A stretch of DNA of 64,000 nt, taken from positions 70,514-134,513 of the forward strand of contig JAGMDC010000003.1 in NCBI GenBank assembly GCA_023128895.1. The letters run 5' to 3'. A program made the translations under genes and the position numbers. Source of the stretch: Candidatus Parcubacteria bacterium. GTDB lineage: Bacteria > Patescibacteriota > Minisyncoccia > Minisyncoccales > JAGMDC01. The notes beneath the pieces were generated by a model. The model was given only the letters and a program-made list of their open reading frames with translations. It made no database searches and had not been told where the DNA came from. Positions 58,673-64,000 of this stretch are shown here, piece after piece; positions within the stretch are counted from its first letter, which is position 1, and each line of letters starts with the position of its first letter.

Positions 58673-59737
58673 TTAAACTTTTAGGATATCAACTAATTGA
58701 TGGATTAGGGACAGAACAACCGGAGGAGGCATTAAACTGTAAACTGGCTCGTTCTTTTCATCTTGGACTACCCATGGCTTTTCAATTATTCTCGCTTTTC
58801 CTTCCTGTTTATCCCATTGATAAGAATATGCGGGAGTAATCTCATATTTATCAATATATTCGTCTGCCTTGTCCACGGGCACTGAATTTCTTAATAAAAT
58901 TTTGGGAATTCCGCGCAAAGAAAATGCTTTCTTGATTAACTCATCGTCTAAATTCAATCGCTCCCTTATCGGCTTTATGCCAAACTCGTCCCCTTCTTTT
59001 TGGAGCATTTCCGCGTTCTCGCACCCTGGCTCGTCGCACATTAGAAAAAATTCCTTTTCCTGCTCCCTGTATCCGATTTTTGAAGTCGGCAATAATTTCA
59101 AATTTCTTGATGTCTTGCACTTTGGACAAACCCTTCTGTATTTTATTCTCTCATCAATTATATTTTCCGGTACATCAATCAAAACAAAAATATCAGGATC
59201 CTGCCTGTAATCAATCAAATCCCTAAAAAACAAAGAAAAGCCAATCTGGTCCAGTGCCCTGGGAAAACCGTCAATGAAAATCGCTTTGCCTTTTTGTTTG
59301 GCTATTTCCCTTTTAACCAAACATAAAACCAATTCTGTTGGAAGCAATTTTTTTGTGCTTCTTAACTCCAATAAGGAAATTATTTCTTCAATCCCGAGCC
59401 AGCCGCGATAATTATTTTTCAGAAATTCAATCAATTGCGCGCGCTTGTCTTTGTCTTTCAATTCCTCGTCTATTTCCCTTGCCATATCCCCTACTGAAAA
59501 ATGGAATATTTTTTCAGGGCCTATTATTTCGGCAAACATTTTCGCGTAAGTCCCTTTGCCTGAATTTTTTTTGCCCAGAAGATAAATAATAAAACTATTG
59601 TGTTCCAAATATTCTTTTATTTTTTTTATTTCCTTTTCTGCCTTCAATTCAAAATACTCCTTTCTTTGCGCAGGGTCTGTTAAATCAAATTTCTTGTCTA
59701 TATCTTGTTTCTTTGTCTTAAAAAGAGGAAAGTCCAT
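58673..59737 (-). CDS. adenylate kinase-like nucleoside monophosphate kinase, extended
   Basis: GKKNSGKGT, SVGDMAR, FIDGFPR, RRVCPKC lid. Confidence 0.8.
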   Translation of the reverse strand: MDFPLFKTKKQDIDKKFDLTDPAQRKEYFELKAEKEIKKIKEYLEHNSFIIYLLGKKNSGKGTYAKMFAEIIGPEKIFHFSVGDMAREIDEELKDKDKRAQLIEFLKNNYRGWLGIEEIISLLELRSTKKLLPTELVLCLVKREIAKQKGKAIFIDGFPRALDQIGFSLFFRDLIDYRQDPDIFVLIDVPENIIDERIKYRRVCPKCKTSRNLKLLPTSKIGYREQEKEFFLMCDEPGCENAEMLQKEGDEFGIKPIRERLNLDDELIKKAFSLRGIPKILLRNSVPVDKADEYIDKYEITPAYSYQWDKQEGKARIIEKPWVVQDEKNEPVYSLMPPPVVLSLIHQLVDILKV

Positions 59738-60623
59738 AATTATCTTGCGTTTTAATTTTTAAATTACTGCCATCGGAAAAAATTTTAATGTCGCCGTTTT
59801 GGTCTGTTCTTAATATATTTATATCAAATTTTTCCAAAGTTGCCAATGTTTCAGGATATGGATGCCCATATCTATTATTTCTCCCGCACTGTATCACCGC
59901 GATTTTTGGACTCACTGCTTCAATAAATTCCTGTGCTGTTGATGTTTTGCTCCCGTGATGCCCGACTTTCAGCACATCTGAATCCAAATAAATCCCTTCT
60001 TCTATCAATTCATTCTCTACTGATTTGAAAGCGTCGCCTGTGAATAAAAAAGAATTTTCTCCAAAACTTAAACGCGCGATAACAGAAGTGTTATTAACGC
60101 TCTTAATTTCCTGACTTTCTAAACTCTCAAATGGATAAAGGACTTCCAGTTTATAATATTCAGAACTATTGCCTGAAAAAATTTTCACACCCGCTTGCGC
60201 TATAATTATATTCGCGCCTTCGTCTTGAATAATTTTTTGCCACTCCTTATATTCTGCCGTGTTTCTTATAATGCCTGTCCATAAAATATTTTCCACTTTG
60301 TATGATTTCAACACTTCAATCAGGCCCGCTATATGGTCGTGCTCCGGATGGGTCAAAATAATCAAATCAATTGTCCTGTCCCAATACGGCATTGTTTGCG
60401 ATAATTTTCTCAAAATCGCTGTACTGCTAGGTCCGCCGTCAATTAAAATCTGGTGCTGTTGCGGCGTTTGAATAAAAATCGCGTCGCCTTGGCCTATATC
60501 AAAAAAATTGACTTCTAATGGCTGGGGTTTGGTTAAATCCCATAAAATCAATCCAGCTGTAGCGTTGCACAGAAGCAGACCAAACAAAATATATTTTGTA
60601 TAATTAATCTCTTTCTTGTACAC
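59718..60623 (-). CDS. ComEC/Rec2-type metallo-beta-lactamase domain protein
   Basis: DIGQGDA, LIDGG, THPEHDHIAG, FTGD, KVGHHGS, YGHP. Confidence 0.92.
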   Translation of the reverse strand: MYKKEINYTKYILFGLLLCNATAGLILWDLTKPQPLEVNFFDIGQGDAIFIQTPQQHQILIDGGPSSTAILRKLSQTMPYWDRTIDLIILTHPEHDHIAGLIEVLKSYKVENILWTGIIRNTAEYKEWQKIIQDEGANIIIAQAGVKIFSGNSSEYYKLEVLYPFESLESQEIKSVNNTSVIARLSFGENSFLFTGDAFKSVENELIEEGIYLDSDVLKVGHHGSKTSTAQEFIEAVSPKIAVIQCGRNNRYGHPYPETLATLEKFDINILRTDQNGDIKIFSDGSNLKIKTQDNYGLSSF

Positions 60624-60640
60624 GATTATGTAATCATATT

Positions 60641-60682
60641 CAAATAGCCAAAAACCGCTTTCAGCGGTTTTTGGCTATTTGA
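60641..60682. terminator. perfect hairpin downstream of the small Zn-ribbon gene
   Basis: CAAATAGCCAAAAACCGCT/AGCGGTTTTTGGCTATTTG. Confidence 0.65.
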
Positions 60683-60698
60683 TAACTATCAAAATCTG

Positions 60699-60878
60699 TT
60701 ACTTTTTGCTCGGAAGAATTTTAAACATCTTTGTCCCGCATTCAGGGCAAATTCCTGTCATTGCTCTTCTCTTTGTTCCGCCTTTGCCTTTCATAGTAAT
60801 TTCCTTCGGATCATTCATAGTTCTTTTTTCTTTACATTTTACGCAATAAGCGATATTTTCAGTTTTTTCTTCAGCCAT
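60699..60878 (-). CDS. small Zn-ribbon protein (DUF5679-like), below the ORF-track cutoff
   Basis: MAEEKTENIAYCVKCKEKRTM...GICPECGTKMFKILPSKK, 59 aa. Confidence 0.85.
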   Translation of the reverse strand: MAEEKTENIAYCVKCKEKRTMNDPKEITMKGKGGTKRRAMTGICPECGTKMFKILPSKK

Positions 60879-61023
60879 AATATTAAATAATTAATAATTA
60901 ATAATTCTCCGACCTTTACCCTGTTAAATAATTTCGCCTTTGGCGAAATTGCCGCAAAGCGGCATTTAACGGGGTGAACTTTTCTACAACTTTATTTTAC
61001 CTTAAATCAAGTAAAAAAGATAG

Positions 61024-62415
61024 TCAACCCCTATCATTGCGAAATTTATTCTGGAAAAAATCTTTGAGGTCTTTGACTTTTATTCTTTGCTGCTTCATTG
61101 TAATGCGGTCACGGACTGTTAAATCATCATTTTCCAATGTTTCAAAATCTATTGTCAGGCAGAAAGGCGTGCCAATTTCGTCCTGGCGGCGGTAGCGGCG
61201 GCCTATTGAGCCAACCTCGTCATACTGGCAAACAAACTTAAATTTTAACAACTGATATACTTCTTTTGCTTTTTTTACCAAATCCGGCTTGTTTTTTACT
61301 AATGGAAAAACAGCGATTTTCACAGGCGACAAGCGCTTATCCAAGTTTAGAACCGCCTCAACCTCTTTCACTGATTTGGTTGTTTCTGTTCTTCCGCCTT
61401 TTATCTCGGAATACGCCTCGCATAGAAACGCCAAAGCGCTTCTTCCTACTCCAACAGATGTTTCAATAACATAAGGCGTATATTTCTCTTTTGTGTCAGG
61501 GTTAAAATACTTTAATTCCTCTTTGCTGTGTTTGGTATGATTAGATAAATCATAATCTCCCCTATTATGGACTCCTTCTATTTCCTTCCATCCAAAGGGA
61601 AACTTGTATTCAATGTCAATTTGCCTCTTAGCGTAATGCGCTCTGTCCTTTCTTGGTATTTCTATGGCGCGCAGGTTTTCTTTTTTAATCCCTAAATCAA
61701 TATACCAGTTCATTCGCTGTTCTTTCCAATATTCAAACCAGTCATCCGGAGTTTTCGCGTCTTTCGGATTACCCGCCCGCATCGCTACGCTTCGCTTGCG
61801 AAGCGTTGCGGGCGGGGAGAACCATTGCATTTCCATTTGCTCAAACTCGCGCACGCGAAAAATAAAATTTCCCGGAGTTATCTCGTTTCTAAACGCTTTG
61901 CCAATTTGCGCGATTCCGAAAGGCGGCTTCAGGCGCATGGAATTCATCACATTCAAAAAATTTACATAAATCCCCTGACAGGTTTCAGGCCTTAAATACG
62001 CAATAGAACTGTCATCTTCAACAGGCCCAACAAATGTTTTCATCATCAAATTAAATTTTTTCGGCTTTGTGAGCCCGCCGCCGCACTCCGGACAAATATT
62101 TTTTTGAAGTTCATCCAGCTTAAATCGCTTGTGGCATTTCCTGCACTCAACTAATTCATCGGCAAACCCGGCTGTAAGATGGCCTGACGCCTGCCATACT
62201 TTTGGCGACATTAAAATACTCGCGTCTATCCCAACAATATTATCCTGTTTTTTTGTCATTTCATCCCACCAGAGTTGTTTAATATTTCTTTTCATCTCCG
62301 CGCCCAACGGCCCAAAATCATAACAACTGCCAAAACCGCCGTATATCTCTGACGACAAAAAAACAAATCCGCGGCGTTTGCACAAAGATATAATTTTATC
62401 CATTAAATTAATCAT
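61024..62415 (-). CDS. glyQS: glycyl-tRNA synthetase (alpha2 type)
   Basis: LCKRRGF, YLRPETCQG, GKAFRNEI, REFEQME, IGRRYRRQDEIGTP. Confidence 0.97.
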   Translation of the reverse strand: MINLMDKIISLCKRRGFVFLSSEIYGGFGSCYDFGPLGAEMKRNIKQLWWDEMTKKQDNIVGIDASILMSPKVWQASGHLTAGFADELVECRKCHKRFKLDELQKNICPECGGGLTKPKKFNLMMKTFVGPVEDDSSIAYLRPETCQGIYVNFLNVMNSMRLKPPFGIAQIGKAFRNEITPGNFIFRVREFEQMEMQWFSPPATLRKRSVAMRAGNPKDAKTPDDWFEYWKEQRMNWYIDLGIKKENLRAIEIPRKDRAHYAKRQIDIEYKFPFGWKEIEGVHNRGDYDLSNHTKHSKEELKYFNPDTKEKYTPYVIETSVGVGRSALAFLCEAYSEIKGGRTETTKSVKEVEAVLNLDKRLSPVKIAVFPLVKNKPDLVKKAKEVYQLLKFKFVCQYDEVGSIGRRYRRQDEIGTPFCLTIDFETLENDDLTVRDRITMKQQRIKVKDLKDFFQNKFRNDRG

Positions 62416-64000
62416 TGGACTATTCCCTGCTCCTCGCTCACAGATTGGTCGTCAGGTAGAGTAGTATTAACAGCAGGGCTCTTAATAGACAGAAGCTGTT
62501 CTGTCCAGATATCTTCGCCAATTATTTCCGCTTCGCTGATAATATCAGGAATACTGCCTCTCTGGGCTTCATCAGGCGTAAAAGCAACCTGGAAAGCAAT
62601 ATTAGGCGTAGAAGTCGCATTCAACGACGCTTCATCTGTAAACAAATCCCCAACATCCCAAACAATTTCCCTGGACACAGAATCAAACGCAAATTTTTCT
62701 TTTTGCTCCTCCGGGAAAATCTCGCCCGTGAGTTCAGATTGCGGCGGCAAAATCGCTTTCACTTTCACATTTTCAATATCATTATAATAATCCCCTACCT
62801 GCCACATAATAGTATAAGTATTTCTTTCTCCGGCCCTTGGCGGTACGGGTCCGGAATTCCCGAAAATTTCGTCCTGAAAATATCCTTTTTGCGCAAACTC
62901 CAGAACAGTGTTTATTTTTGTTGCAAATTCCTGGCGCGCCTGGCTCAAAATAATTTTGTCTTTTACCACAAGATTTCTGTCCTCCCCGGTAATATCCCAT
63001 CTTTCTTTTAATTCTATCCAAAATTCCACTATTCCTTCTTCTTGCGCGTCTAAAAATTTAAGTTTTGGCACTCTGCGCGAATCAAAAATTATGGAATTGT
63101 CTCCTGTTTCAAAACTGCCTGTATTAGACCTCAATGTTTGAAAATCATAAGCATGACCCTGCAGTTTTACAACTAAAAACAAATCCGTGAGTAAATCCTG
63201 TCCTATATTTTTGAAAAAAATCTCATAATGAAGCAAACTGCCCGGGTCGGCAATATACTCTGGATTTCCGTTTATCTGCTGTGATATGAACAACGACGGT
63301 TCAACTATTTCTATGCTCTGGAATATCTGCTTTAGCAAAACAAACTCTCCATTCTGCCAAATGCCCAATTCCGCTTGCAAAAGTTTCCGCTCGTTCGGTT
63401 CCCCGAATACTTCGCCAAAAACCTCAATTTTGCCTCCCTGAGCTTTGCTCAAAACCCCGATATCCCACTCTGTTTTTTCTATTGCTTTTGGCTTGCTGGA
63501 TATAAACTCAAAACCAGAAGGATATATTATTTTTACCCTTAATCCGGAAATCGGATAGTCAATATTTGAAAAATAATTCAAACGAAATTTGCTTTGTTTT
63601 CCTGCTTCGGTTTTGGAAGGAAAATCAAATTCAAAAGTCAGAGGAACTTTTTCTATTATTGTAGTAAAACTTGTCGTTGATTCATATTTCGCCTGTAAAT
63701 TTTTAGGAACATAACTTAACCATGCCTTGGCTATTTTTGCGTCGCCATCTTTGCCCAATAATCTTGCTTTAAATTTGAAAGTTCTTTCTTCACCGGGATA
63801 AATTGCTTCCCCTAAATCTTCTGAATGTAAAATTTCTCTTAACAAACCATTTTCAACAATGGAATTTTCTGGATATTCAAAAATCAATTCTGGATTCTCT
63901 ACTCTAACATTTCCGTTATTTTTATATTTAACAATATATTCCACTTCCTGGGCCAAATCCGCGCTTTCCATACCTAAAATTTCCAGCTTCACGCTTTCTT
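62412..64000 (-). CDS. hypothetical protein with repeated Ig-like/DUF11-like domains (5' end outside window)
   Basis: Open to the window edge; repeated YIVKYKNNG / YEIFFKNIG / YTIMWQV..IVWDVG patterns. Confidence 0.75.
   Translation of the reverse strand, partial: ESVKLEILGMESADLAQEVEYIVKYKNNGNVRVENPELIFEYPENSIVENGLLREILHSEDLGEAIYPGEERTFKFKARLLGKDGDAKIAKAWLSYVPKNLQAKYESTTSFTTIIEKVPLTFEFDFPSKTEAGKQSKFRLNYFSNIDYPISGLRVKIIYPSGFEFISSKPKAIEKTEWDIGVLSKAQGGKIEVFGEVFGEPNERKLLQAELGIWQNGEFVLLKQIFQSIEIVEPSLFISQQINGNPEYIADPGSLLHYEIFFKNIGQDLLTDLFLVVKLQGHAYDFQTLRSNTGSFETGDNSIIFDSRRVPKLKFLDAQEEGIVEFWIELKERWDITGEDRNLVVKDKIILSQARQEFATKINTVLEFAQKGYFQDEIFGNSGPVPPRAGERNTYTIMWQVGDYYNDIENVKVKAILPPQSELTGEIFPEEQKEKFAFDSVSREIVWDVGDLFTDEASLNATSTPNIAFQVAFTPDEAQRGSIPDIISEAEIIGEDIWTEQLLSIKSPAVNTTLPDDQSVSEEQGIVQ

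Noticed and set aside
12645-63141. Numerous 60-220-aa antisense ORFs over core genes (e.g. 52521-53180, 28532-29125, 56574-57239)
   Set aside because: Shadow frames of well-supported genes with no motifs or expression signals

Overview
AT-rich bacterial chromosome segment, mostly encoded on the minus strand and using genetic code 11. It is almost certainly from a Patescibacteria/CPR (Parcubacteria-like) genome: the str-S10-spc cluster lacks rpmD/L30 and housekeeping genes have no Shine-Dalgarno (SD) sequence. Core content is rpsL-rpsG-fusA-tuf, the S10/spc ribosomal proteins, secY-adk-map, dnaK-dnaJ, ppsA, galT, murA, a MurL-like epimerase, two mreB, holB, frr, rseP, proS, gatCA, glyS, rpmB, a Clp ATPase and four tRNAs. 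Notable extras: (1) an initiator-type tRNA(CAT) split by a 209-nt ORF-less group I intron, followed by an HTH/LAGLIDADG-like gene and a second, atypical CAT tRNA; (2) about 13 accessory genes in self-contained units with a sigma70 promoter, usually a strong SD and a terminator, including an archaeal-type geranylgeranyl reductase, with unrelated ORFs sharing near-identical promoter/leader blocks in two places (one array is built on copies of the map 3' end); (3) short palindromic elements inserted in frame into six core proteins; (4) a three-copy ~170-bp branched structured repeat between cistrons; (5) a decayed island at tRNA-Asp with a HEPN-motif gene; (6) a mosaic two-gene tandem duplication; (7) a promoter- and terminator-bounded ~290-nt region with no long ORF. 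All calls come from reading the sequence; no searches were run.
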